NCBI GenBank assembly: GCA_002376865.1
Contig: DFOU01000011.1
Location: 16,969 to 80,968, forward strand
Reading direction: 5' to 3'
Source of the DNA: Patescibacteria group bacterium UBA3533
Lineage (GTDB): Bacteria > Patescibacteriota > Minisyncoccia > Phycocordibacterales > Phycocordibacteraceae
Length of the DNA stretch: 64,000 nucleotides
Numbering within the stretch: the stretch's first letter is position 1; each line of letters opens with the position of its first letter. The translations under genes and the position numbers were made by a program. The notes under the pieces were generated by a model. It saw nothing but the letters and a program-made list of their open reading frames with translations, had not been told where the DNA came from and did not search any database. Shown here in pieces: positions 27,691 through 37,340 of this stretch.

Positions 27691-29727
27691 ATGAAGCGTG
27701 TTGCCATAATACTTGTTGCAATTACTGTCGCTTTTCCCTTTGTAGCCTCTGCTGATATCGTTCTTGATCCAGATGTAAAAAATCCAATTCTCTTTTTACC
27801 TGGAATTCAAGCAAGTCGTTTGTATTCATTTTCTGACAATGGAAATTTTGAGCGTGTATGGGAGCCGTTAGGCAATAGTGATCTTAGAGAGCTTGAGATG
27901 ACAGAGAATGGTGAGAGCGTAAATGATATTCGTGTTGGACAGGTTATAGATAGAATTTTTGGCATAGGAGAAATCATCTATGGAAAAAATGATTTTGATA
28001 CTACAAATCAAGTTTTTTCTAATCCAAAATTACTTGAGCCACTAAGACTAGAAGACAGTCTTACTCCTGAGACACAAAAATATTTTTCAGCATACCAACT
28101 GTGGGTCGCATACCCCTACGACTGGAGGTATGACGTCTTCGATATTATTAGAGATGGAACTCTTCGCATGGATGGAGAACGACAGTATCTTGTTGAGGTT
28201 GTAGAAGCACTTGCAGAAAAAAGTGGAAAGATAAATATTGTTGCTCACTCAAATGGAGGTCTTTTAGCAAAAGCTTTAATGGTTCACCTTGAGGAAATTG
28301 GAAAAGAAGAGCTTGTGGAGAAAATTTTTCTTGTTGGAACACCTCAACTTGGAACACCAGAGGCAATAGGAGGACTTTTACACGGATACAAACAAAGCAG
28401 AGTACTTGGACTTGTTACAAACTCTGCAACATCAAGAGAGATTTCAAAAAATATGCCTGGCGCATACGCTCTTCTTCCCTCTCCTGCGTACTTTGAGAGA
28501 ATAGAAACACCCGTTGTGACTCACAGTATTTCTGGAAACCCTGTTGGTAATATTCCTTCTGGACCACTTTCTTCATATCAAAATCTTTTTGATTTCCTTA
28601 CTGGAAAAACATTTACTAGAAATGATCCATTCTTTGTAGATGCGCCTATAACACTGAGAGAGAATCTACTGGAAAAAGCGAAGGCAACTCATGCACGAAT
28701 TGATGCCTGGACACCTGGGCCAGAAACTACAGTTACTGAATTTGCTGGAGTTGGAAATGAAACCGCTATTAGTTTTTCATATAGAGAAACCCAGGCTTCA
28801 TACTGCCCTATTGGTCGTTTGGTTTGTATAAAAAGAAATGCAATTACCTACAGTCCCATCTTTTCATTTGATGGTGACAGTACAGTTGTTTCTCCTTCTG
28901 GTATTTTAGGTGACGGATATTATTTAGACTTAAATAAACTTAGCCTAGAAACTGATCGTGCACGAGAACATAAAAACTTGCTTGCAGAAGAAGAGCTGCT
29001 TTTGGGACTTGCCCCTGCCTTAACTGGAGAAGTTGTAACGTCTGACTTCCTCACAACAGAAAAACCAATAATCCCCACTGACAGAAACCACATTGCTATC
29101 AGTGTGCATTCCCCTGTGATTATTTCCGCAGAAGATAATTTGGGAAACATAACGTCTGTTGAATACGACACTGACCCTTCACAGACTCTTTTGAACATTA
29201 GAGAAGAAATTCCAGAAAGTTTTGTTGAAATAATTGGTGAAGGAAAATACATCTTTCTTCCAGAAGGAAATTATGAGATTTCTATAACAGGTACTGATGT
29301 TGGGTCTTTTGATCTTCTTCTTTCAGAGCTTAATGACAATGGCGAACTTCAAGAAACAGAAAAGTATTCAAACATTCCTGTCACAGCAAGCAGTACGGCT
29401 GCAACAACAATAGAAACAAACACTCTTTCTTCACTAACCCTTGATATTGAAGGTGACGGAACAAATGATTTTACCTTCTCAGAGGATGGTGCAAATGCAG
29501 AATCAATTAAAACTCTTATGATAAGTAATTTTGCTGCGCTAGATCTTAGGCCAACACTTCATTCTGCAATTGATCAATACTTTGCACTTTTGGAAACAGA
29601 GACTGATGAGGAAGTGCGAGCAACAATTATTGCGCAACTTGATCGCATTACTCAATTTCTTGATGGAAGATACATTACACAGGAGACAGCTAACGCTTGG
29701 AGAGCTTTTGTGCGAAACTTAGAGTAA
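27691..29727 (+). CDS. Secreted alpha/beta hydrolase (LCAT/phospholipase-like)
   Basis: Signal peptide; LPGIQAS, YDWR, AHSNGG, GTPQLG, GDSTV. Confidence 0.85.
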   Translation: MKRVAIILVAITVAFPFVASADIVLDPDVKNPILFLPGIQASRLYSFSDNGNFERVWEPLGNSDLRELEMTENGESVNDIRVGQVIDRIFGIGEIIYGKNDFDTTNQVFSNPKLLEPLRLEDSLTPETQKYFSAYQLWVAYPYDWRYDVFDIIRDGTLRMDGERQYLVEVVEALAEKSGKINIVAHSNGGLLAKALMVHLEEIGKEELVEKIFLVGTPQLGTPEAIGGLLHGYKQSRVLGLVTNSATSREISKNMPGAYALLPSPAYFERIETPVVTHSISGNPVGNIPSGPLSSYQNLFDFLTGKTFTRNDPFFVDAPITLRENLLEKAKATHARIDAWTPGPETTVTEFAGVGNETAISFSYRETQASYCPIGRLVCIKRNAITYSPIFSFDGDSTVVSPSGILGDGYYLDLNKLSLETDRAREHKNLLAEEELLLGLAPALTGEVVTSDFLTTEKPIIPTDRNHIAISVHSPVIISAEDNLGNITSVEYDTDPSQTLLNIREEIPESFVEIIGEGKYIFLPEGNYEISITGTDVGSFDLLLSELNDNGELQETEKYSNIPVTASSTAATTIETNTLSSLTLDIEGDGTNDFTFSEDGANAESIKTLMISNFAALDLRPTLHSAIDQYFALLETETDEEVRATIIAQLDRITQFLDGRYITQETANAWRAFVRNLE

Positions 29728-30128
29728 TGATCCGAAGATACATTCCTTTTATTTTTATAGGTTTTTTACTTGCAGGCTTTTTCTTTACACAACCACCTCA
29801 TCTCGGGCTTTGTTTTAACAGCAACAATTCTTTCCTAGTTCCATTTTGCTTCATTAACTTCACAACTTTCTGGGGTTTTGTGTACGCAAGCACATACTTC
29901 CTTATTCCGGCATCTCTCTTGACCTACTTATTTACAAAAAGAGGTTTTGAAATTTGGCTTTGGTACACTGGAGCATCTTTGCTGCTTGGCGCTTTTGTTT
30001 ATTTCTTAAACTTAAATCTTTGGACACCCGGCCTTGGATTTTTTCCAGAAGTGCTATTGTTCAACATAATTGGAGCAATCTACTTGACCGGAACAGTTGT
30101 TATTACTTTATTCAATCTTAGAAAATAA
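29727..30128 (+). CDS. Small multi-TM membrane protein
   Basis: TAATG overlap with the hydrolase; about four hydrophobic segments. Confidence 0.65.
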   Translation: MIRRYIPFIFIGFLLAGFFFTQPPHLGLCFNSNNSFLVPFCFINFTTFWGFVYASTYFLIPASLLTYLFTKRGFEIWLWYTGASLLLGAFVYFLNLNLWTPGLGFFPEVLLFNIIGAIYLTGTVVITLFNLRK

Positions 30129-30162
30129 CAAAAAGCTCACACATGTGAGCTTTTTGTTATTT
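30123..30162. terminator. Bidirectional terminator
   Basis: AAATAACAAAAAGCTCAC..GTGAGCTTTTTGTTATTT. Confidence 0.8.
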
Positions 30163-30237
30163 TGGGGCGGCCAGAGAGAATCGAACTCTCGATGTCGGTA
30201 CCACAAACCGAAGTTTTGCCACTAAACTATGGTCGCC
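30163..30237 (-). tRNA. tRNA-His(GTG)
   Basis: Cloverleaf, G-1, GTTCGA T-loop, encoded CCA. Confidence 0.93.
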
Positions 30238-30315
30238 ATGTGCTGCATTTATACCAGCTGTATTAAAAATAGTCGAGCTTCCTCGACTATTTTTAATTGA
30301 TAGAAAAAGTTGAAA

Positions 30316-30912
30316 TTAATCTTCTTTCTTCTCTTCAGGTTCTTCCTCAGCTGGAGTCTCCTCTTCTGGAGCCTCTTCTGCTGCAGGAGCTTCCTCTTCT
30401 GGCTCTTCAGCTGGAGTCTCCTCGGGAGTCTCAGCAGGAGCTTCTTCAGCAGCCTTTGCTTCCTCTGCTGCCTTAGCCTCTTCCTCTGCCCTTGCAGCTT
30501 CATCAGCCTCAGCTTTATTTCGAGCGTCCTCCTGCTCCTTCTCAGAAACAGTAGTTCGATCCATAAGACGCATACGTCGTAGCTGTCGTCGCATCTCTCG
30601 AGCAACCTTCTCTCGAATGAAGTACAACTTAGATCGTCGAACCTTAGATCGCTTAACGATCTCAATTTTATCAATATTTGGAGAATATAGAGGGAAAATC
30701 TTTTCTACCCCAATTCCTGACAGAGTAGTTCGTACTGTAAAAGTAGATCCTGCCTCTGCTCCGTGCTTTACCGCAATAACAAGACCTTCAAAAAGCTGGA
30801 TACGAGTCTTTCCTCGCTCCTGGATTTTCTGGTGTACGCGAACAGTATCTCCTGACTTTACGCCAAGCTCTTTTCGCTCCTCAATATTTACGGGTGAAAT
30901 TACCGTGTTCAT
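30316..30912 (-). CDS. rplS: 50S ribosomal protein L19 with acidic C-terminal extension
   Basis: [31 protein letters not shown]. Confidence 0.96.
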   Translation of the reverse strand: MNTVISPVNIEERKELGVKSGDTVRVHQKIQERGKTRIQLFEGLVIAVKHGAEAGSTFTVRTTLSGIGVEKIFPLYSPNIDKIEIVKRSKVRRSKLYFIREKVAREMRRQLRRMRLMDRTTVSEKEQEDARNKAEADEAARAEEEAKAAEEAKAAEEAPAETPEETPAEEPEEEAPAAEEAPEEETPAEEEPEEKKED

Positions 30913-30977
30913 GGCGCAGAGAATAGCAATTGTACCTATAAAAAGCAAGCGCGATTCCTAAAAATCGCGCTTTTACT

Positions 30978-31316
30978 CTACTTTGGGTATTTCCAATTCA
31001 TATACTCAACAAAACCTTCCGGTGGCACGCCAACAACTTCAGCGAGCTTTACAGCATTCACAAGCTGCTTCATCGCTGCAAGTTGCAAATCTTGCTCACC
31101 TTGCTGAGAGATACCCCCTGTAGGTCCTCCGGCGTGGTCTGCTGGCTCTGTAATACCGGCAATAGCACCAGCAGACTTTATGACATGATCCTGTATATGT
31201 CGTATCGCAAAGAGCCTTTGCTGGGCAGGATCTTCAGGAAAATTTGGATATGTCTCCTTGTTAAAAACAAAGAGTCTCCCAACTCTTTCAAAGAGATCTT
31301 TTACAGATAGAGACAT
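30978..31316 (-). CDS. Hypothetical helical protein (possibly degenerate MazG-like)
   Basis: AAGGAG SD; helix pattern. Confidence 0.55.
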   Translation of the reverse strand: MSLSVKDLFERVGRLFVFNKETYPNFPEDPAQQRLFAIRHIQDHVIKSAGAIAGITEPADHAGGPTGGISQQGEQDLQLAAMKQLVNAVKLAEVVGVPPEGFVEYMNWKYPK

Positions 31317-31351
31317 TACTCTCTCCTTTCAATCTGACTTTTTAGAAAGTA

Positions 31352-32071
31352 TCACCCAGCCTTGAAGAAGTCCAGTGCATTCCCGAAGTCCTCAGGAAGT
31401 GGCGCTTCGAAGGTTTTGGTCTCTCCAGAGGGAAGATTTACCTCAAGGGTTTGTGCGTGGAGTGCCATTCGCTCAAATCCTAGTGCGCATTCTCTTTTGG
31501 GAGCATAGAGCTTGTCGCAGACAATTGGATAGTTTAAATACTTCATATGTACACGAAGTTGGTGTGTCCTTCCTGTCTTTGGATACAGCTTTACGGCTGC
31601 AAACTCGCCATTATCCTCCCCTACCTCATACTCTGTTATTGCTTCACGCAAATTTCCTCGAGCACCACGTTGCGCTGACCACATTTTAAAATTCTGAGCA
31701 CTTCGCCCTATTGGCGCATCGATAACTCCTTTTTTATTCTTTGGCACTCCATATACAAAAGCCAGGTATCCTTTCTTTACCTCTCTATTTTGAAACTGCT
31801 CTTTTAGATGCGCATGTGCTGCTGCTGTCTTTGCCAAAATTAAAACTCCAGACGTGTCTCTATCAAGACGGTGCACAACACCAGGTCGAGTTATCTCCTC
31901 TCCATTTTTAAGTGTCATTGCCTCCCCTACATCTTTGCTCTCAGGATAGCTCTCTAGCATCCAGTCACTTACCGTCTCATCTTTTGAAATGCCATCTGCA
32001 TGTACCAAAATACCAGCAGGTTTATTTATAACCACCACATCATTGTCTTCGTAAATAATTTCTATTTTCAT
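31352..32071 (-). CDS. RluA-family pseudouridine synthase
   Basis: NKPAG, HRLDRDTSG, TGRTHQLRVH. Confidence 0.95.
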   Translation of the reverse strand: MKIEIIYEDNDVVVINKPAGILVHADGISKDETVSDWMLESYPESKDVGEAMTLKNGEEITRPGVVHRLDRDTSGVLILAKTAAAHAHLKEQFQNREVKKGYLAFVYGVPKNKKGVIDAPIGRSAQNFKMWSAQRGARGNLREAITEYEVGEDNGEFAAVKLYPKTGRTHQLRVHMKYLNYPIVCDKLYAPKRECALGFERMALHAQTLEVNLPSGETKTFEAPLPEDFGNALDFFKAG

Positions 32072-32745
32072 ACTCCGTGTCGCCTCTCTCTTTCATTGTA
32101 CTCTTTAATACACTCTATAAGGGTGTCTTTGCTAAAATCTGGCCAAAAGATATCAAGAAAGAAAAGCTCACTATATGCTGCTTGCCACATAAGGAAGTTT
32201 GAAAGTCTCTTCTCTCCTCCAGTGCGGATGATAATGTCAGGATCCTTCATATCAGCAGTATCAAGTGCATTACTTATTCCTTCCCCTGAAAGTTCTGCTC
32301 CAGCTTTCATTGCTCGCACAATCTCATCACGCCCTCCATATGAGAGCGCAAGTGCTACTGTCCCCTCTCCATTTTTTGTTCGCTCTTGAATTTCTTTCAT
32401 CTCTTCCTGAATTTCTTTTTCAAAACGAGAAAGGTCTCCGATAAATTTAATACGTGGTGCATTTGGAAGCTTCTTTAGCTCATCTTCAATTTTTGAAAGG
32501 CCCTGCTTTAGGAGTTCCATGAGTGCTTTTACCTCTTCTTCACTTCGATTCCAGTTCTCTGTTGAAAATGCATAAAAAATATATTCTGCTGCTCCATACT
32601 CATTTTTGAGAGATTCATATTCCTGAAGAAGATTAAGAAGTGCCTTAAATCCTTCGTTGTGTCCTTCAGCAGTAGACATGCCCTTTGCTCTCGCCCACCG
32701 GCGATTTCCGTCCATAATTATTCCTACTGAAAGCTCTTTACTCAT
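32068..32745 (-). CDS. uppS: Undecaprenyl diphosphate synthase
   Basis: IMDGNRRWA, FSTENW, RLSNFLMWQ. Confidence 0.96.
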   Translation of the reverse strand: MSKELSVGIIMDGNRRWARAKGMSTAEGHNEGFKALLNLLQEYESLKNEYGAAEYIFYAFSTENWNRSEEEVKALMELLKQGLSKIEDELKKLPNAPRIKFIGDLSRFEKEIQEEMKEIQERTKNGEGTVALALSYGGRDEIVRAMKAGAELSGEGISNALDTADMKDPDIIIRTGGEKRLSNFLMWQAAYSELFFLDIFWPDFSKDTLIECIKEYNERERRHGV

Positions 32746-33019
32746 GCACTATTTCAAAACTCTTAAACTCCCCATTTGCACCATCCCACCATTTCACATC
32801 TATATTTTCAACCTCTGCCAATATTGGCCCTTCTTCCAAGAGATCTATGTAGTCCTTCAAATCTTGCTCTTCTCCCTCTGCTACAAGCTCAACCGTATTA
32901 TCCGGAAGGTTCTTAACCCACCCAGTTAAGCCGTATTTTCGAGATTTTCTCTTGGCAAAGTCCCGGTACATAACAAGCTGTACTCTTCCGGATATAATAA
33001 GGCGCACTCGTTTTTTCAT
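32738..33019 (-). CDS. acyP: Acylphosphatase
   Basis: GRVQ..YR, GWVKNLPD.TVE. Confidence 0.9.
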   Translation of the reverse strand: MKKRVRLIISGRVQLVMYRDFAKRKSRKYGLTGWVKNLPDNTVELVAEGEEQDLKDYIDLLEEGPILAEVENIDVKWWDGANGEFKSFEIVHE

Positions 33020-33076
33020 ACATGCGAGTGTATCACTCTTGCAGAAAAAGCAGTAATTGCGTATGCTCCTTTGTAC

Positions 33077-33152
33077 GGGCGATTAGCTCAGTTGGTAGAG
33101 CAGTTCGTTTACACCGAAAAGGTCGGGGGTTCAAGTCCCTCATCGCCCACCA
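33077..33152 (+). tRNA. tRNA-Val(TAC)
   Basis: GGGCGATTAGCTCAG...TTTACAC...TTCAAG...CCA. Confidence 0.95.
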
Positions 33153-33188
33153 AAGAGAAACCGCACATCATAACGATGTGCGGTTTTC

Positions 33189-33440
33189 TTATGAGACATA
33201 ATCAAAATAGTCCTCACTAAGTCCAACACCAAACCCTGGAATTATATCTTCTTCAAAAGAAATCATGTGCCCGGGCTCACAGTCATCTTCTTTTCCATCA
33301 TCAAACCAAACTTTTTCTACAGTTAATGGCGTTCGCGGAATTGATGCTCCAGACTGTTCCAAGTACGTCAGAAAAAGTCTGGTTTCTTCATCGTCACGTA
33401 AGACAACTTTGTCGCCGACTTTAAACTTTGAAGATTCCAT
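33189..33440 (-). CDS. Small hypothetical protein (KOW/SH3-like start FKVGDKV)
   Basis: AAGGAG SD before ATG 33440; terminators on both sides. Confidence 0.55.
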   Translation of the reverse strand: MESSKFKVGDKVVLRDDEETRLFLTYLEQSGASIPRTPLTVEKVWFDDGKEDDCEPGHMISFEEDIIPGFGVGLSEDYFDYVS

Positions 33441-33513
33441 CGATGCTCTCCTTACTATATCTAAAACTAAGGTATCAAAAGAAGAAACCCGGAGCAACTG
33501 CTCCGGGTTTTTC

Positions 33514-34029
33514 TTATTGATCTGCGTACCATACGATATCGTTTCCGATAATTGGTGCGGATGCAGAAAATAAGTATACATAGTCTCCTTCTCCGACGCG
33601 CTTAATGCTGTGCCAGATTCCAGGACGGATCTGGTATGCGCGGCTTCTCTGTAAAAATGTTGAGCCTTTAGGCTCCCCATGATCTGAGAAAAACTCAAAC
33701 TCCAGCAAGGTACATTTTTGTGTATCTTGGCCGGGAATAAGAATTGAACTTGCAGCAGCTTTGTGCCGATGTAAATCAATGTGATCCTCCGGAGCAAAGC
33801 GAAGTATTTCAACAGTAATTTTCTGTGGGAAGCCATACTCGACGAGCTTATCCTCAAAAAATTCTTCTGGAACATCTGCAGCAAATAGTGCCGCACGAGA
33901 TTCCGGATGCTCTTCACGCACCCAAGACAATCCCTCAAACTTACATGGAGGCATCGTCTTATTTATATGAGAGAGAAGTCCTCCAAGCGCTTTGAGCGTT
34001 TTAGGAACACCAGTCCTTCGAATGTTCAT
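33514..34029 (-). CDS. Cupin-fold protein
   Basis: DLHRHK and IRPGIWHSI cupin motifs; AAGGAG SD. Confidence 0.65.
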   Translation of the reverse strand: MNIRRTGVPKTLKALGGLLSHINKTMPPCKFEGLSWVREEHPESRAALFAADVPEEFFEDKLVEYGFPQKITVEILRFAPEDHIDLHRHKAAASSILIPGQDTQKCTLLEFEFFSDHGEPKGSTFLQRSRAYQIRPGIWHSIKRVGEGDYVYLFSASAPIIGNDIVWYADQ

Positions 34030-34109
34030 GACACTCTCCTTTCCTTCTATATATGAACCTACCTTAAAATAGAAAAAGACGCGAGCATTCGCGTCTTTTT
34101 CTTATCTAG

Positions 34110-34181
34110 TACTCCCACCAGGAATCGAACCCAGATCGAGAGGATAGAAGCCTCTTGTTTTATCCATTAAACTATGGGAGC
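34110..34181 (-). tRNA. tRNA-Arg(TCT)
   Basis: AGAGG-CTTCTAT-CCTCT anticodon arm; no encoded CCA. Confidence 0.92.
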
Positions 34182-34198
34182 TCCCCCATACCCTACGA

Positions 34199-34537
34199 CT
34201 AGTTACGTGCTGGGTCAACAAATGGATAGCTCGTATCTACAAATGCATCTTTCTCATTCTCTCGAACTTCAAAGATTGTTTCTATTTCTTTAAGACGATC
34301 TGAAATCTCTTGTGTCTCCTTTGGCTCTGGATTTGTGTTTGTGCTTTGTGAGAGTGGCTCTCCTTCGTACACACGAGTAAAGAAAATTGCATTTGTTACC
34401 GCAGATAGAAGCAGTGCAATTGCAGCAATAATAAGGAGCACCGTCCAATCTCGCTCTGCATTTATATGTCCTGCATACCCACGCTTAATCGTATTTACAA
34501 AGTTGAGAGCTTTTTTGCTGAGAGTTTTAAAATTCAT
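34199..34537 (-). CDS. Single-TM protein at end of pilMNO operon
   Basis: Operon position; RDW plus TM. Confidence 0.7.
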   Translation of the reverse strand: MNFKTLSKKALNFVNTIKRGYAGHINAERDWTVLLIIAAIALLLSAVTNAIFFTRVYEGEPLSQSTNTNPEPKETQEISDRLKEIETIFEVRENEKDAFVDTSYPFVDPARN

Positions 34538-34538
34538 A

Positions 34539-35051
34539 TTATTGTTGCTTCACGCTATACGATGCTGACGCAGTCCACGTTGCATCTCCCCCATCTCGTA
34601 CGATGGTCTCAATCGTACCGCTTTCAATTGTGATAAACACTGGAAGTTTTTCAATAGCACCAAGTGTCTGCATTACCCTCTTGAATGATCCTTCGGCAGT
34701 TAGATTGATATCAAACATTTCTGTCTCTTTATTTGCTGCAACTGAAACAATTTCAATCTCCACCCCTGTCTCCTCTTCAACTCCTTCAAGAATTTCCAAG
34801 AAATCTACAACAGTCTCTTCTGAGACAAGATATTCATACACCGTACTCTCTTGAGAGTTAATGAGCGTGAGGGTTCTTTGTGCTCTGTTGATTCGCTCTT
34901 CTTTATCAAAAGCTGCATTAATCTCTTGAGCTAAGAAGAAGCTACTCTCTTGAAGCTTTGAGACTGCATCAAAGGTAATAAAGTACGCGGTACCAGATAG
35001 TACAAGAATAAGTACTGAGATAATAAGTGGAATGAGAGTTCGCCGATTCAT
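34539..35051 (-). CDS. PilO-like type IV pilus protein
   Basis: TM, coiled coil, EGSF...IEKLP. Confidence 0.7.
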   Translation of the reverse strand: MNRRTLIPLIISVLILVLSGTAYFITFDAVSKLQESSFFLAQEINAAFDKEERINRAQRTLTLINSQESTVYEYLVSEETVVDFLEILEGVEEETGVEIEIVSVAANKETEMFDINLTAEGSFKRVMQTLGAIEKLPVFITIESGTIETIVRDGGDATWTASASYSVKQQ

Positions 35052-35584
35052 GATTCTAATGTAATTGAAATATTAAATGGCAAATCTTTTTCCTTTGAAA
35101 GGTTCCCTATTGGGAAATCTACGCCGGCAACCTCTTCGCGCTCTTCAAGGGTCTTTGCAAAAGAGCGTAGCGCATCTCTATCATCTGCAATCCCGCGAAC
35201 ACCAATCTGCACTGCAGGATCTTTTGGATTATATGAGATCTGCGTAATGGCAATTCCAGAGCGAGACACTTCAAGCACCTCTTCTATTGCAGATACAAAT
35301 AGCGGCTGCTCGGGAAGTGTCTGGAGCAATGCAATCTGCTCATTGAGCGCCTTAAGGCGAGCCTCTACCTCATCACTTCCTGATGCCTCAAGAGTTTTTC
35401 CGATAAATTCCTTTTCTACCTCCTGATTTAGTACTCGTGCCTGCAAGAATACATATGAAGGAACGAGCAATATGCTGTGAATGATGGTAAGCACTGAAAC
35501 AACAAGAAGCACCACTGCAAGAAAGCGCAGCAAGTACATTCGCTTAAAGGCTTGTTTGCTTATCTCTGGAAGTAAATTAATCAT
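35048..35584 (-). CDS. PilN-like type IV pilus protein
   Basis: MINLLP motif, TM, GIADDR. Confidence 0.78.
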   Translation of the reverse strand: MINLLPEISKQAFKRMYLLRFLAVVLLVVSVLTIIHSILLVPSYVFLQARVLNQEVEKEFIGKTLEASGSDEVEARLKALNEQIALLQTLPEQPLFVSAIEEVLEVSRSGIAITQISYNPKDPAVQIGVRGIADDRDALRSFAKTLEEREEVAGVDFPIGNLSKEKDLPFNISITLES

Positions 35585-36671
35585 CGTTAAATTCTCGAAG
35601 CGCAAGACCAATTGCTACGCTATAGCTTAGTGACTGCTCAAATTCAATTGGTGGCACTACCTCATTAAATGGCGCAAGATTCACAAAGGGATCCCCTGTC
35701 CTCACCGGCACACCAACAGATGCCATAAGGTACTCAGGAAGCCCGCGCAGACTTCCATTTCCTCCTGCAAGCACAATCATTTCAATTGGCTTTACTGACT
35801 TTTCATTTCTTGCCCTGTCTTGCCAGTATTCAAATCGCTTTGATACTTCATCGCGAAGTCCTGAAAGCGTTGTGAGTACTGATGAGAGGTACCCTACATT
35901 CCCCTCCTCTGGAATAATCCCTTTCTCTCGTTTAATAACTTTCGCCTCGTCCTCTGTTACGCCATAGAATTTCTGCACCGCTTGGGTTAGTGCATGCCCT
36001 CCAATATCAAGTGTGGTTGCAAAGAGTGGATGCTTTCCATCTTGAATGATCATGATCTTGGTTGTTGTCCTTCCAAAATCAACAATCATGCATGTTCCTG
36101 TATCTCCCTGTGAGAGCAGTGCTCGAGGGACTGCATTCATCTCGCTTTCCATTGCCTTTACCGTAATACCGCTTGCAGAGACTGCGTCACTGTACTCAGA
36201 AACTACACGCCGAGCGTACGCCACCCCTGTCACGTGCTGAATGTCTTTTTCTCGAGAGAGCCTGTCTGCACCAAAGCGCGCTTCAGATGCAGGAAGTGGC
36301 ACCTGCTCTGAAATGTTTTGAGCAACAGATGCGCGAAGCACCGCATCATCTGCTGTATAGGGAACTTTTGCTTGAAAGAGATATGACTTTTGCTCAGGGA
36401 GCGCAATGTTTGCAAAATGCACGCCGTGCTCTTTTTGAATTCTCTTTAAAACAGTCTGGAGTGTGCTTCGCTCTACAAGGTCTCCGTCGGTAATAACTCC
36501 TTTATTAAATCGGTACTTTCCAAATGCCTCAATAACCACTCCTTTTACTGAGCGGTTAAGTACAACAAACTTCACCCCACTTGCCGACATGTCGATACCA
36601 GCAGTTGGCATCTTCAAAAATCGTGGAGGCGGAAAAAGCGCGCGAAATGTTCGCGAAAGTCCTTGTGCCAT
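35577..36671 (-). CDS. pilM: Type IV pilus assembly protein PilM
   Basis: Actin-like GIDMS, VDFG, LAGG, AIGLALR. Confidence 0.9.
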   Translation of the reverse strand: MAQGLSRTFRALFPPPRFLKMPTAGIDMSASGVKFVVLNRSVKGVVIEAFGKYRFNKGVITDGDLVERSTLQTVLKRIQKEHGVHFANIALPEQKSYLFQAKVPYTADDAVLRASVAQNISEQVPLPASEARFGADRLSREKDIQHVTGVAYARRVVSEYSDAVSASGITVKAMESEMNAVPRALLSQGDTGTCMIVDFGRTTTKIMIIQDGKHPLFATTLDIGGHALTQAVQKFYGVTEDEAKVIKREKGIIPEEGNVGYLSSVLTTLSGLRDEVSKRFEYWQDRARNEKSVKPIEMIVLAGGNGSLRGLPEYLMASVGVPVRTGDPFVNLAPFNEVVPPIEFEQSLSYSVAIGLALREFNDD

Positions 36672-36710
36672 ACACGTAGTATACCGTCTCTTATCTACTT
36701 TCTTTCTTCT

Positions 36711-37340
36711 TTAGAGGACGAAGTGTACAAAAACACCTCCAAGGATTACCGCGGCAATAACTGCAACTAGTATCCCGATAGCTCCAAACATCTTAAGGCC
36801 TTTAAGCACCAGCCGTACACCATGGGGCCCTAGGTGCGCTACAAGGAATGCAATAATTCCGAATCGAATAATTCTCGCAAACACTACACCAAACAAAAAT
36901 GCACCGAAGTTAACTTTAAATACTCCTGCAGCAAGTAAAAATGGCACCCATGGAATTGGTGTTACTCCTACAAAAAGAATTCCCCATACTAGATTAAGAT
37001 CAAAGAGCTGCTGCACATTTGTAAATGCCTGCTCCCCCCCAACGAGAGCTAGCAAAATATTTCCAAACGTATCGAAAAAGAATGCACCAAGTATGTAGGT
37101 TATAACTGCACCAACTGCAGCAAAGAATGTCGCAAAGAGCGTATAGAAAATCCACTTACGAGGTTTTGCCAAGACAAGTGCTGCGATAACGATCTCTGGC
37201 GGGAAGAAAAGAATGATTGAATCAAGGACAGCAAATACCGCAAGCGCCGCTTTCGCAAGAAAACTATTCTCGCACCGCTCAAACCACTTCCACCACGCAG
37301 GAAGATCTTCTAATTGCTCGTCTTTGATTTCTGGTGTCAT
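36711..37340 (-). CDS. YqaA/DedA (VTT) family membrane protein
   Basis: DS..FFPPE, TPIP, ARIIRF. Confidence 0.85.
   Translation of the reverse strand: MTPEIKDEQLEDLPAWWKWFERCENSFLAKAALAVFAVLDSIILFFPPEIVIAALVLAKPRKWIFYTLFATFFAAVGAVITYILGAFFFDTFGNILLALVGGEQAFTNVQQLFDLNLVWGILFVGVTPIPWVPFLLAAGVFKVNFGAFLFGVVFARIIRFGIIAFLVAHLGPHGVRLVLKGLKMFGAIGILVAVIAAVILGGVFVHFVL

Noticed and set aside
33189-33938. 249-aa ORF from the track
   Set aside because: Crosses a terminator and overlaps the cupin gene; only the SD-preceded part from 33440 is credible
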